Assembly (NCBI GenBank): GCA_964035545.1
Contig: OZ037771.1
Coordinates: forward strand, 9,924,480-9,988,479
Source of the DNA: Bugula neritina
Lineage: Eukaryota > Animalia > Bryozoa
Direction of reading: 5' to 3'
DNA: 64,000 bases
The notes under the pieces were generated by a model that did not search any database, had not been told where the DNA came from, and worked only from the letters and a program-made list of their open reading frames with translations. This document shows positions 44,701 through 58,800 of the stretch, one piece after another. Both the position numbers and the translations under genes were made by a program. Every line of letters begins with the position of its first letter. The stretch's first letter is position 1.

Positions 44701-47700
44701 AATACTGAATTATACTTCAACATACTGCAACATACTGAAAGACACTACAACTCACTGAAGTATAGTGCAATATACAGAAATGTACTCTAACATACTGATA
44801 TTTAATGTTACACACTGAAATATACTACAACATACTGAAATACGCTGCAACATACCGAAATAAGCTGCAACATACTGCAACATACTGAAATACACTGTAA
44901 CATGATGTAGTACACTGCAACACATTGAAATATACTGCAACAAACTGAAATATACTGCAACATACTGAAATGTACTGCAACATACTGAAATACATTGCAA
45001 CATATCGAAGTATATTGTAATAAACGGCCATGTACTGTAACATACTGAAACACACTGAAACATACTGAAACATACTGAAACATACTGAAACATACTGAAA
45101 TACACTGCAACATACTGAAACATACTGTAACATTATGAAATACACTGCAACACATTGAAATATACTGCAACAAACTGAAATATACTGCAACATACTAAAA
45201 CAGACTGCAACATACTGAAATACATTGCAACATATCGAAGTATATCGTAATATACGGACATGTAATGAAACAAACTGAAACATACTGAAACATACTGAGA
45301 TACACTGCAACATACTGCAACATACTGAAATACACTGTAACATGATGAAATACACTGCAACACATTGAAATATACTGCAACAAACTGAAATATCCTGCAA
45401 CATACTGAAACGTACTGCAACATACTGAAATACACTGTAACATACTCAAATACACTGCAACATTCTGCAACATATTGAAATACACTGCAACACACTGAAA
45501 TATACTGCAACACACTGAAATATACTGAAACATACTGAAATATACTGAAATGTACTGAAATAGACTGTAACACATTGAAAAATACTGCAACATACTGAAA
45601 GACACTTCAATTCACTGAGGTATAGTGTAATATACGGAAATGTACTGTAACATACTGATATTTACTGTAACACACTGAAATATACTGCAACATACTGAAA
45701 TACACTGTAACATACTCAAATACACTGCAACATTCTGCAACATATTGAAATACACTGCAACACACTGAAATATACTGCAACACACTGAAATATACTGCAA
45801 AATACTGAAATATACTTCAACATACTGCAACATACTGAAAGACACTACAACTCACTGAAGTATAGTGCAATATACAGAAATGTACTCTAACATACTGATA
45901 TTTAATGTTACACACTGAAATATACTACAACATACTGAAATACACTGTAACATACCGAAATAAGCTGCAACATACTGCAACATACTGAAATACACTGTAA
46001 CATGATGAAGTACACTGCAACACATTGAAATACACTGCAACAAACTGAAATATACTGCAACATACTGAAACGTACTGCAACATAGTGAAATACATTGCAA
46101 CATATCGAAGTATATCGTAATAAACGGACATGTACTGTAACATACTGAAACACACTGAAACATACTGAAACATACTGAAATACACTGTAACATACTCAAA
46201 TACACTGCAACATTCTGCAACATATTGAAATATACTGCAACACACTGAAATATACTGCAACACATCCAAGTACAACGTAATATACGGACATGTACTGTAA
46301 CATACTGGAACATACTGAAACATACTGCAACCTTCTGAAGTACACTGTAAAATATTGAAATACACCGCAACAAACTGCAACATACTGAAGTACACTGTAC
46401 ATATTGAAAAACGCTGCAACACACTGAAATATACTGCAACAAACTGAAATATACTGCAACATACTAAAACAGACTGCAACATACTGAAATACATTGCAAC
46501 ATATCGAAGTATATCGTAATATACGGACATGTACTGAAACATACTGAAACATACTGAAACATACTGAGATACATTGCAACATACTGCAACATACTGAAAT
46601 ACACTGTAACATGATGAAATACACTGCAACACATTGAAATATACTGCAACAAACTGAAATATCCTGCAACATACTGAAACATACTGCAACATACTGAAAT
46701 ACATTGCAACATATCGAAGTATATCGTAATATACGGACATGTACTGAAACATACTGAAACATACTGAAACATACTGAGATACACTGCAACATACTGCAAC
46801 ATACTGAAATATACTGTAACACATTGAAAAATACTGCAACATACTGAAAGACACTTCAACTCACTGAAGTATAGTGTAATATACGGAAATGTACTGTAAC
46901 ATACTGATAATTACTGCAACACACTGAAATATACTGCAACATACTGAAATACACTGTAACATAATGAAATACACTGCAACATACTGCAACATACTGAAGT
47001 ACGCTGTAAAATATTAAAATACACTGCAACACATTCGAATATACTGCAACACACTGAAATATACTGTACCATACTGAAACATGAGCAATATACTAAAAGA
47101 TGCCTCAACATACTCAAATACACTGCAAGAAACTGCAACATACGTAAATGCACTGTAACATACTGAAATACACTGAAACATACTGCAACATACAGAAGTA
47201 CACTGTAAAATATTCAAATACACTGCAACACATTGAAATACACTGCAACACACTGAAATATACTGCAACATACTGAAATGTACTTCAACATAATGAAAAA
47301 CACTGCAACATATCAAAGTATATCGTAATATACAGACATGTACTGTAACATACTGTTACTTACTGAAATACACTGCAACAAACTGTAACATACTGAAACA
47401 CACTGAAACATACTGAAACATACTGAAACATACCGTAACATACTGAAACACACTGAAACATACTGAAACATACTGAGACATACTGAAATACACTGCAACA
47501 TACTGCAACATACTGAAATATACTGAAATATACTGAAATACACTGTAACACATTGAAAAATACCGCAACATACTGAAAGACACTTCAACTCACTGACGTA
47601 TAGTGTAATATACGGAAATGTAGTGTAACATACTGATATTTACTGTAACACACTGAAATATACTGCAACATACTGAAATACACTGTAACATACTCAAATA

Positions 47701-50700
47701 CACTGCAACATTCTGCAACATATTGAAATACACTGCAACACACTGAAATATACTGCAACACACTGAAATATACTGCAAAATACTGAAATATACTTCAACA
47801 TACTGCAACATACTGAAAGACACTACAACTCACTGAAGTATAGTGCCATATACAGAAATGTACTCTAACATACTGATATTTAATGTTACACACTGAAATA
47901 TACTACAACATACTGAAATACACTGTAACATTCTGCAACATATTGAAATATACTGCAACACACTGAAATATACTGCAACACATCCAAGTACATCGTAATA
48001 TACGGATATGTACTGTAACATACTGGAACATACTGAAACATACTGCAACATTCTGAAGTACACTGTAAAATATTGAAATACACTGCAACAAACTGCAACA
48101 TACTGAAACATACTGTAACATGATGAAAAACACTGCAACACATTGAAACATACTGCAACAAACTGAAATATACTGCAACATACTGAAACGTACTGCAACA
48201 TACTGAAACTAATTGCAACATATCGAAGTATATCGTAAAATACGGACATGTACTGTAACATACTGAAACACACTGAAACATACTGAAACATACTAAAACA
48301 TACTGAAACATACTGAGATACACTGCAACATACTGCAACATACTGAAATACACTGTAACATGATGAAATACACTGCAACACATTGAAATATACTGCAACA
48401 AACTGAAATATACTGCAACATACTGAAACGTGCGGCAACATACTGAAATACATTGCAATATATCGAAGTATATCGTAATATACGGACATGTACTGTAACA
48501 TACTGAAACACACTGAAACATACTGAAACATACTGAAATATACTGAAATATACTGAAATACACTGTAACACATTTGAAAAATACTGCAACATACTGAAGG
48601 ACACTTCAACTCACTGAAGTGTAGTGTAATATACAGAAAAGTACTGTAACATACTGAAATACACTGTAACATACCGAAATAAACTGCAACATAATGCAAC
48701 ATACTGAATTACACTGTAACATACTAAAATACACTGCAACATTCTGCAACATACTTCAACGTACTGAAAGACACTGTAACATAATGAATAACACTGCAAC
48801 ACATTGAAATATACCGCAACAGACTGAAATATACTGCAACAGATCCAAGTACATCGTAATATACGGACATGTACTGTAACATACTGGAACATACTGAAAC
48901 ATACTGCAACCTTCTAAAGTACACTGTAAAATATTGAAATACACCGCAACAAACTGCAACATACTGAAGTACACTGTACATATTGAAAAACACTGCAACA
49001 CACTGAAATATACTGCAAAATACTGAATTATACTTCAACATACTGCAACATACTGAAAGACACTACAACTCACTGAAGTATAGTGCAATATACAGAAATG
49101 TATTCTAACATACTGATATTTAATGTTACACACTGAAATATACTACAACATACTGAAATACACTGCAACATACCGAAATAAGCTGCAACATACTGCAACA
49201 TCCTGAAATACACTGTAACATGATGTAGTACACTGCAACACATTGAAATATACTGCAACAAACTGAAATATACTGCAACATACTGAAATGTACTGCAACA
49301 TACTGCAATACATGGCAACATATCGAAGTATATCGTAATAAACGGACATGTACTGTAACATACTGAAACACACTGAAACATACTGAAACATACTGAAACA
49401 TACTGAAACATACTGAAATACACTGCAACATACTGCAACATACTGAAACATACTGTAACATTATGAAATACACTGCAACACATTGAAATATACTGCAACA
49501 AACTGAAATATACTGCAACACACTAAAACGTACTGCAACATACTGAAATACATTGCAACATATCGAAGTATATCGTAATATACGGACATGTACTGAAACA
49601 TACTGAAACATACTGAAACATACTGAGATACACTGCAACATACTGCAACATACTGAAATACACTGTAACATGATGAAATACACTACAACACATTGAAATA
49701 TACTGCAACAAACTGAAATATACTGCAACATACTGAAACGTACTGCAACATACTGAAATACATTGCAACATATCGAAGTATGTCGTAATATACGGACATG
49801 TACTGTAACATACTGAAACACACTGAAACATACTGAAACATACTGAAATATACTGAAATGTACTGAAATAGACTGTAACACATTGAAAAATACTGCAACA
49901 TACTGAAAGACACTTCAATTCACTGAGGTATAGTGTAATATACGGAAATGTACTGTAACATACTGATAATTACTGCAACACACTGAAATATACTGCAACA
50001 TACTGAAATACACTGTAACATACCGAAATAAACTGCAACATAAAGCAACATACTGAATTACACTGTAACATACTAAAATACACTGCAACATTCTGCAACA
50101 TACTGCAACATCCTGAAATACACTGTAACATGATGTAGTACACTGCAACACATTGAAATATACTGCAACAAACTGAAATATACTGCAACATACTGAAATG
50201 TACTGCAACATACTGCAATACATGGCAACATATCGAAGTATATCGTAATAAACGGACATGTACTGCAACATACTGAAACACACTGAAACATACTGAAACA
50301 TACTGAGACATACTGAAATACACTGCAACATACTGAAACATACTGAAATATACTGAAATATACTGAAATACGCTGTAACACATTGAAAAATACTGCAACA
50401 TACTGAAAGACACTTCAACTCACTGAAGTATAGTGTAATATACGGAAATGTACTGTAACATACTGATATTTACTGTAACACACTGAAATATACTGCAACA
50501 TACTGAAATGCACTGTAACATACCGAAATAAACTGCAACATAATGCAACATACTGAATTACACTGTAACATACTAAAATACACTGCAACATTCTGCAACA
50601 TACTTCAACGTACTGAAAGACACTGTAACATAATGAAATACACTGCAACACATTGAAATATACCGCAACAGACTGGAATATACTGCAACACGTCCAAGTA

Positions 50701-51167
50701 CATCGTAATATACGGACATGTACTGTAACATACTGGAACATACTGAAACATACTGCAACACTCTGAAGTACACTGTAAAATATTGAAATACACTGCAACA
50801 AACTGCAACATACTGCAGTACACTGTACATATTGAAAAACACTGCAACACACTGAAATATACTGCAACACACTGAAATATACTGCAAAATACTGAATTAT
50901 ACTTCAACATACTGCAACATACTGAAAGACACTACAACTCACTGAAGTATAGTGCAATATACAGAAATGTACTCTAACATACTGATATTTAATGTTACAC
51001 ACTGAAATATACTACAACATACTGAAATACGCTGCAACATACCGAAATAAGCTGCAACATACTGCAACATACTGAAATACACTGTAACATGATGTAGTAC
51101 ACTGCAACACATTGAAATATACTGCAACAAACTGAAATATACTGCAACATACTGAAATGTACTGCAA
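26795..51167 (+). repeat. 10-bp-monomer satellite array, middle segment
   Basis: Same monomer and orientation. It resumes immediately after the transposon end (ctgtg|acatactgaaac) at the position expected from the empty site seen near 33397-33420. Confidence 0.98.
32400..40680 (+). repeat. ~4,216-bp higher-order repeat, 2 tandem copies
   Basis: ORF offsets 32600/36816, 33081/37297 and 34465/38681 (4216), then 35764/39978 and 36166/40380 (4214, after a 2-bp deletion near 39240). Boundaries approximate. Confidence 0.85.
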
Positions 51168-52698
51168 TATTACTAAAGAAGAATTTCATTTAAAAAAAAC
51201 TGATGAATCTCAAATAATTGAGATCATTGAAAAACTAGATTCCAAGAAAGCTATAGGTTTAGACAATATCCCGACTAAACTTATCAAATTTTGCAAAATT
51301 TCACTATCTACACCACTTGCCTATTTATTTAACAAAAGCATAGAAGAAAAAATTGTTCCAGCGCAAATTAAAACTGCTAAAATATTACCATTCTACAAAA
51401 AAGGTTCTCATGACAGATGTGAAAACTACCGCCCTATTTCAATCCTCCCCATTTTTAGTAAAATACTTGAAAAAATTGTTAACAATCAAATTTTAAACTT
51501 TTTAGAATCTAAAAATTTGATTTCTAAGAATCAATATGGCTTTCGAAAAAATTTAAGTACTGCAGATGCTGTTGTTAAATTTAAAAATAATACGCTCGAA
51601 GCTTTTAACAATGGAAATTGCGTTCTCGGAATTTTTATAGATTTTAGTAAGGCTTTTGACACTATAAATCACAATATTTTACTTGCAAAAATGAGAAAAC
51701 TTGGTTTTAGTGAATCCACAGTGTCATGGGTTGCTAACTACCTATCAAACCGAAGTCATTCCACACTAGTAAATGCAACCTTATCAAGTTCACGATCAGT
51801 GACCTGTGGGGTTCCCCAGGGATCTGTCTTGGGCCCTACCTTATTTTTGATATATATAAACGATCTTGCTCAACAATTTAAACTTTTTAATCCCATTTTC
51901 TATGCCGACGACACTAATTTATTTTTTGAATCAAAAGATTTGAACTCCCATTTGGAAGCTATAAATCAAGATCTAAACTCTCTGTCAATTTGGTGCAATA
52001 AAAACAAACTCACTATAAACTATGAAAAATGCAACTATATTGTTTTAAAAAACTACCAAAATCCTTTTCAAATTCTAGAAAACTGTATATTATTAAATAA
52101 AAGACCTATAAATTACTCTAACAGCATAACTTTTCTAGGTGTACAAATAGATAAAAATTTAAATTGGAGCTTGCACATCTCAAACCTACTTACAAAATTA
52201 CGACCACTTAGTGGATTAATATACCGATGTTCTGAATATCTCCCTCAAAAAATTTTACTTTTGATATATAATTCTTTCATCAATTCCAAGTTAAATTATT
52301 GTGCAGAGGCCTGGGGAAATGCAGCTAATACCCATCTAAACAAGATTTTTATTTTTCAAAAAAAGGTAATGCGTATCATGAACAAAAAACCGTTTGACCA
52401 TCCATCAGCGCCTCTATTTACTAAGCATAAAGTTCTCTCAATATACCAGATTTACCGTTTTAAAGTGTTAAAGAAAGCTCATTCTTTTTTCTACTCTGAC
52501 AATTTTTTTCCCACTCACTCTATCAATACACGTCAATCATTCATAAATCTCCCCCTTCCTCACTCTCAAACAGCAGCAGGTCACAGAAGAAACTGTTATC
52601 AGGAGGTGGCACTATGGAATGAACTGCCAATCCCTTTACGGTCAATTAGCAACCCTAATGAATTTGGGAGGAAGTTGAGGCGTTATCTGTTAGAATAG
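51157..52698 (+). CDS. LINE ORF2 fragment: reverse transcriptase plus C-terminal region, endonuclease domain missing (513 aa; first codons derive from the satellite)
   Basis: Non-LTR RT motifs NYRPISILPIFSKILEK, NQYGFR, IDFSKAFD, GVPQGSVLGPTLFLIYIND, YADD and FLG are present with no stops or frameshifts. The ATG at 51157 lies in the satellite monomer aaATGtactgc. Confidence 0.85.
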   Translation: MYCNITKEEFHLKKTDESQIIEIIEKLDSKKAIGLDNIPTKLIKFCKISLSTPLAYLFNKSIEEKIVPAQIKTAKILPFYKKGSHDRCENYRPISILPIFSKILEKIVNNQILNFLESKNLISKNQYGFRKNLSTADAVVKFKNNTLEAFNNGNCVLGIFIDFSKAFDTINHNILLAKMRKLGFSESTVSWVANYLSNRSHSTLVNATLSSSRSVTCGVPQGSVLGPTLFLIYINDLAQQFKLFNPIFYADDTNLFFESKDLNSHLEAINQDLNSLSIWCNKNKLTINYEKCNYIVLKNYQNPFQILENCILLNKRPINYSNSITFLGVQIDKNLNWSLHISNLLTKLRPLSGLIYRCSEYLPQKILLLIYNSFINSKLNYCAEAWGNAANTHLNKIFIFQKKVMRIMNKKPFDHPSAPLFTKHKVLSIYQIYRFKVLKKAHSFFYSDNFFPTHSINTRQSFINLPLPHSQTAAGHRRNCYQEVALWNELPIPLRSISNPNEFGRKLRRYLLE

Positions 52699-52748
52699 TT
52701 GTATTTTTTTTTGTATTTTTCTGGATAGAGTCGCTGTCAGCTCGTGTT

Positions 52749-52787
52749 GGCCCGCGCATGACTAGCTAGGCTATAGCGCAATGGGCC
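52749..52787 (+). other. LINE 3' UTR stem-loop
   Basis: GGCCC(52749-53)/GGGCC(52783-87), GCGC(52754-57)/GCGC(52776-79) and inner TAGC(52763-66)/GCTA(52770-73). GC-rich island in an AT-rich element. 3' stem-loops are the known RT recognition signal of L2-clade LINEs such as eel UnaL2. Confidence 0.65.
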
Positions 52788-52845
52788 TCATCATCGCCTC
52801 CTTGGCATTTTCTAATGTCCTTGTGTTATTAAATACCTTTGATGA

Positions 52846-52876
52846 AATAAACCAAACCAAACCAAACCAAACCAAA
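52846..52876 (+). repeat. LINE 3' tail: AATAAA followed by (ACCAA)5
   Basis: gatgaAATAAAccaaaccaaaccaaaccaaaccaaa. Short tandem-repeat tails instead of poly(A) are typical of CR1/L2-group LINEs. Confidence 0.9.
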
Positions 52877-55800
52877 CATACTGAAATACATTGCAACATA
52901 TCGAAGTATATTGTAATAAACGGCCATGTACTGTAACATACTGAAACACACTGAAACATACTGAAACATACTGAAACATACTGAAACATACTGAAATACA
53001 CTGCAACATACTGAAACATACTGTAACATTATGAAATACACTGCAACACATTGAAATATACTGCAACAAACTGAAATATACTGCAACATACTAAAACAGA
53101 CTGCAACATACTGAAATACATTGCAACATATCGAAGTATATCGTAATATACGGACATGTACTGAAACAAACTGAAACATACTGAAACATACTGAGATACA
53201 CTGCAACATACTGCAACATACTGAAATACACTGTAACATGATGAAATACACTGCAACACATTGAAATATACTGCAACAAACTGAAATATCCTGCAACATA
53301 CTGAAACGTACTGCAACATACTGAAATACACTGTAACATACTCAAATACACTGCAACATTCTGCAACATATTGAAATACACTGCAACACACTGAAATATA
53401 CTGCAACACACTGAAATATACTGAAACATACTGAAATATACTGAAATGTACTGAAATAGACTGTGACACATTGAAAAATACTGCAACATACTGAAAGACA
53501 CTTCAATTCACTGAGGTATAGTGTAATATACGGAAATGTACTGTAACATACTGATATTTACTGTAACACACTGAAATATACTGCAACATACTGAAATACA
53601 CTGTAACATACTCAAATACACTGCAACATTCTGCAACATATTGAAATACACTGCAACACACTGAAATATACTGCAACACACTGAAATATACTGCAAAATA
53701 CTGAAATATACTTCAACATACTGCAACATACTGAAAGACACTACAACTCACTGAAGTATAGTGCAATATACAGAAATGTACTCTAACATACTGATATTTA
53801 ATGTTACACACTGAAATATACTACAACATACTGAAATACACTGTAACATACCGAAATAAGCTGCAACATACTGCAACATACTGAAATACACTGTAACATG
53901 ATGAAGTACACTGCAACACATTGAAATACACTGCAACAAACTGAAATATACTGCAACATACTGAAACGTACTGCAACATAGTGAAATACATTGCAACATA
54001 TCGAAGTATATCGTAATAAACGGACATGTACTGTAACATACTGAAACACACTGAAACATACTGAAACATACTGAAATACACTGTAACATACTCAAATACA
54101 CTGCAACATTCTGCAACATATTGAAATATACTGCAACACACTGAAATATACTGCAACACATCCAAGTACAACGTAATATACGGACATGTACTGTAACATA
54201 CTGGAACATACTGAAACATACTGCAACCTTCTGAAGTACACTGTAAAATATTGAAATACACCGCAACAAACTGCAACATACTGAAGTACACTGTACATAT
54301 TGAAAAACGCTGCAACACACTGAAATATACTGCAACAAACTGAAATATACTGCAACATACTAAAACAGACTGCAACATACTGAAATACATTGCAACATAT
54401 CGAAGTATATCGTAATATACGGACATGTACTGAAACATACTGAAACATACTGAAACATACTGAGATACACTGCAACATACTGCAACATACTGAAATACAC
54501 TGTAACATGATGAAATACACTGCAACACATTGAAATATACTGCAACAAACTGAAATATCCTGCAACATACTGAAACGTACTGCAACATACTGAAATACAT
54601 TGCAACATATCGAAGTATATCGTAATATACGGACATGTACTGAAACATACTGAAACATACTGAAACATACTGAGATACACTGCAACATACTGCAACATAC
54701 TGAAATATACTGTAACACATTGAAAAATACTGCAACATACTGAAAGACACTTCAACTCACTGAAGTATAGTGTAATATACAGAAATGTACTGTAACATAC
54801 TGATAATTACTGCAACACACTGAAATATACTGCAACATACTGAAATACACTGTAACATAATGAAATACACTGCAACATACTGCAACATACTGAAGTACGC
54901 TGTAAAATATTAAAATACACTGCAACACATTCGAATATACTGCAACACACTGAAATATACTGTACCATACTGAAACATGAGCAATATACTAAAAGATGCC
55001 TCAACATACTCAAATACACTGCAAGAAACTGCAACATACGTAAATGCACTGTAACATACTGAAATACACTGAAACATACTGCAACATACAGAAGTACACT
55101 GTAAAATATTCAAATACACTGCAACACATTGAAATACACTGCAACACACTGAAATATACTGCAACATACTGAAATGTACTTCAACATAATGAAAAACACT
55201 GCAACATATCAAAGTATATCGTAATATACAGACATGTACTGTAACATACTGTTACTTACTGAAATACACTGCAACAAACTGTAACATACTGAAACACACT
55301 GAAACATACTGAAACATACTGAAACATACTGTAACATACTGAAACACACTGAAACATACTGAAACATACTGAGACATACTGAAATACACTGCAACATACT
55401 GCAACATACTGAAATATACTGAAATATACTGAAATACACTGTAACACATTGAAAAATACCGCAACATACTGAAAGACACTTCAACTCACTGACGTATAGT
55501 GTAATATACGGAAATGTAGTGTAACATACTGATATTTACTGTAACACACTGAAATATACTGCAACATACTGAAATACACTGTAACATACTCAAATACACT
55601 GCAACATTCTGCAACATATTGAAATACACTGCAACACACTGAAATATACTGCAACACACTGAAATATACTGCAAAATACTGAAATATACTTCAACATACT
55701 GCAACATACTGAAAGACACTACAACTCACTGAAGTATAGTGCCATATACAGAAATGTACTCTAACATACTGATATTTAATGTTACACACTGAAATATACT

Positions 55801-58800
55801 ACAACATACTGAAATACACTGTAACATTCTGCAACATATTGAAATATACTGCAACACACTGAAATATACTGCAACACATCCAAGTACATCGTAATATACG
55901 GACATGTACTGTAACATACTGGAACATACTGAAACATACTGCAACATTCTGAAGTACACTGTAAAATATTGAAATACACTGCAACAAACTGCAACATACT
56001 GAAACATACTGTAACATGATGAAAAACACTGCAACACATTGAAACATACTGCAACAAACTGAAATATACTGCAACATACTGAAACGTACTGCAACATACT
56101 GAAACTAATTGCAACATATCGAAGTATATCGTAAAATACGGACATGTACTGTAACATACTGAAACACACTGAAACATACTGAAACATACTAAAACATACT
56201 GAAACATACTGAGATACACTGCAACATACTGCAACATACTGAAATACACTGTAACATGATGAAATACACTGCAACACATTGAAATATACTGCAACAAACT
56301 GAAATATACTGCAACATACTGAAACGTGCGGCAACATACTGAAATACATTGCAATATATCGAAGTATATCGTAATATACGGACATGTACTGTAACATACT
56401 GAAACACACTGAAACATACTGAAACATACTGAAATATACTGAAATATACTGAAATACACTGTAACACATTGAAAAATACTGCAACATACTGAAGGACACT
56501 TCAACTCACTGAAGTGTAGTGTAATATACAGAAAAGTACTGTAACATACTGAAATACACTGTAACATACCGAAATAAACTGCAACATAATGCAACATACT
56601 GAATTACACTGTAACATACTAAAATACACTGCAACATTCTGCAACATACTTCAACGTACTGAAAGACACTGTAACATAATGAATAACACTGCAACACATT
56701 GAAATATACCGCAACAGACTGAAATATACTGCAACAGATCCAAGTACATCGTAATATACGGACATGTACTGTAACATACTGGAACATACTGAAACATACT
56801 GCAACCTTCTAAAGTACACTGTAAAATATTGAAATACACCGCAACAAACTGCAACATACTGAAGTACACTGTACATATTGAAAAACACTGCAACACACTG
56901 AAATATACTGCAAAATACTGAATTATACTTCAACATACTGCAACATACTGAAAGACACTACAACTCACTGAAGTATAGTGCAATATACAGAAATGTATTC
57001 TAACATACTGATATTTAATGTTACACACTGAAATATACTACAACATACTGAAATACACTGCAACATACCGAAATAAGCTGCAACATACTGCAACATCCTG
57101 AAATACACTGTAACATGATGTAGTACACTGCAACACATTGAAATATACTGCAACAAACTGAAATATACTGCAACATACTGAAATGTACTGCAACATACTG
57201 CAATACATGGCAACATATCGAAGTATATCGTAATAAACGGACATGTACTGTAACATACTGAAACACACTGAAACATACTGAAACATACTGAAACATACTG
57301 AAACATACTGAAATACACTGCAACATACTGCAACATACTGAAACATACTGTAACATTATGAAATACACTGCAACACATTGAAATATACTGCAACAAACTG
57401 AAATATACTGCAACACACTAAAACGTACTGCAACATACTGAAATACATTGCAACATATCGAAGTATATCGTAATATACGGACATGTACTGAAACATACTG
57501 AAACATACTGAAACATACTGAGATACACTGCAACATACTGCAACATACTGAAATACACTGTAACATGATGAAATACACTACAACACATTGAAATATACTG
57601 CAACAAACTGAAATATACTGCAACATACTGAAACGTACTGCAACATACTGAAATACATTGCAACATATCGAAGTATGTCGTAATATACGGACATGTACTG
57701 TAACATACTGAAACACACTGAAACATACTGAAACATACTGAAATATACTGAAATGTACTGAAATAGACTGTAACACATTGAAAAATACTGCAACATACTG
57801 AAAGACACTTCAATTCACTGAGGTATAGTGTAATATACGGAAATGTACTGTAACATACTGATAATTACTGCAACACACTGAAATATACTGCAACATACTG
57901 AAATACACTGTAACATACCGAAATAAACTGCAACATAAAGCAACATACTGAATTACACTGTAACATACTAAAATACACTGCAACATTCTGCAACATACTG
58001 CAACATCCTGAAATACACTGTAACATGATGTAGTACACTGCAACACATTGAAATATACTGCAACAAACTGAAATATACTGCAACATACTGAAATGTACTG
58101 CAACATACTGCAATACATGGCAACATATCGAAGTATATCGTAATAAACGGACATGTACTGCAACATACTGAAACACACTGAAACATACTGAAACATACTG
58201 AGACATACTGAAATACACTGCAACATACTGAAACATACTGAAATATACTGAAATATACTGAAATACGCTGTAACACATTGAAAAATACTGCAACATACTG
58301 AAAGACACTTCAACTCACTGAAGTATAGTGTAATATACGGAAATGTACTGTAACATACTGATATTTACTGTAACACACTGAAATATACTGCAACATACTG
58401 AAATGCACTGTAACATACCGAAATAAACTGCAACATAATGCAACATACTGAATTACACTGTAACATACTAAAATACACTGCAACATTCTGCAACATACTT
58501 CAACGTACTGAAAGACACTGTAACATAATGAAATACACTGCAACACATTGAAATATACCGCAACAGACTGGAATATACTGCAACACGTCCAAGTACATCG
58601 TAATATACGGACATGTACTGTAACATACTGGAACATACTGAAACATACTGCAACACTCTGAAGTACACTGTAAAATATTGAAATACACTGCAACAAACTG
58701 CAACATACTGCAGTACACTGTACATATTGAAAAACACTGCAACACACTGAAATATACTGCAACACACTGAAATATACTGCAAAATACTGAATTATACTTC

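Larger units (their letters stand above)
51168..52876 (+). mobile_element. 5'-truncated non-LTR retrotransposon (LINE), CR1/L2 group, 1,709 bp
   Basis: RT-coding frame, ~150-bp 3' UTR, AATAAA and (ACCAA)5 tail. Sister HOR copies show the empty site aaatgtactgcaa|catactgaaatacattgc (e.g. ~44968-44998 and ~59050-59080). The HOR period difference 7895-6186 = 1709 equals the insert length. No TSD beyond a possible AA. Confidence 0.95.

Noticed and set aside
52851-52875. (ACCAA)5 as a telomeric repeat seed
   Set aside because: It differs from TTAGG/TTAGGG, is only 25 bp, and sits directly after the LINE AATAAA, so it is the retrotransposon tail.
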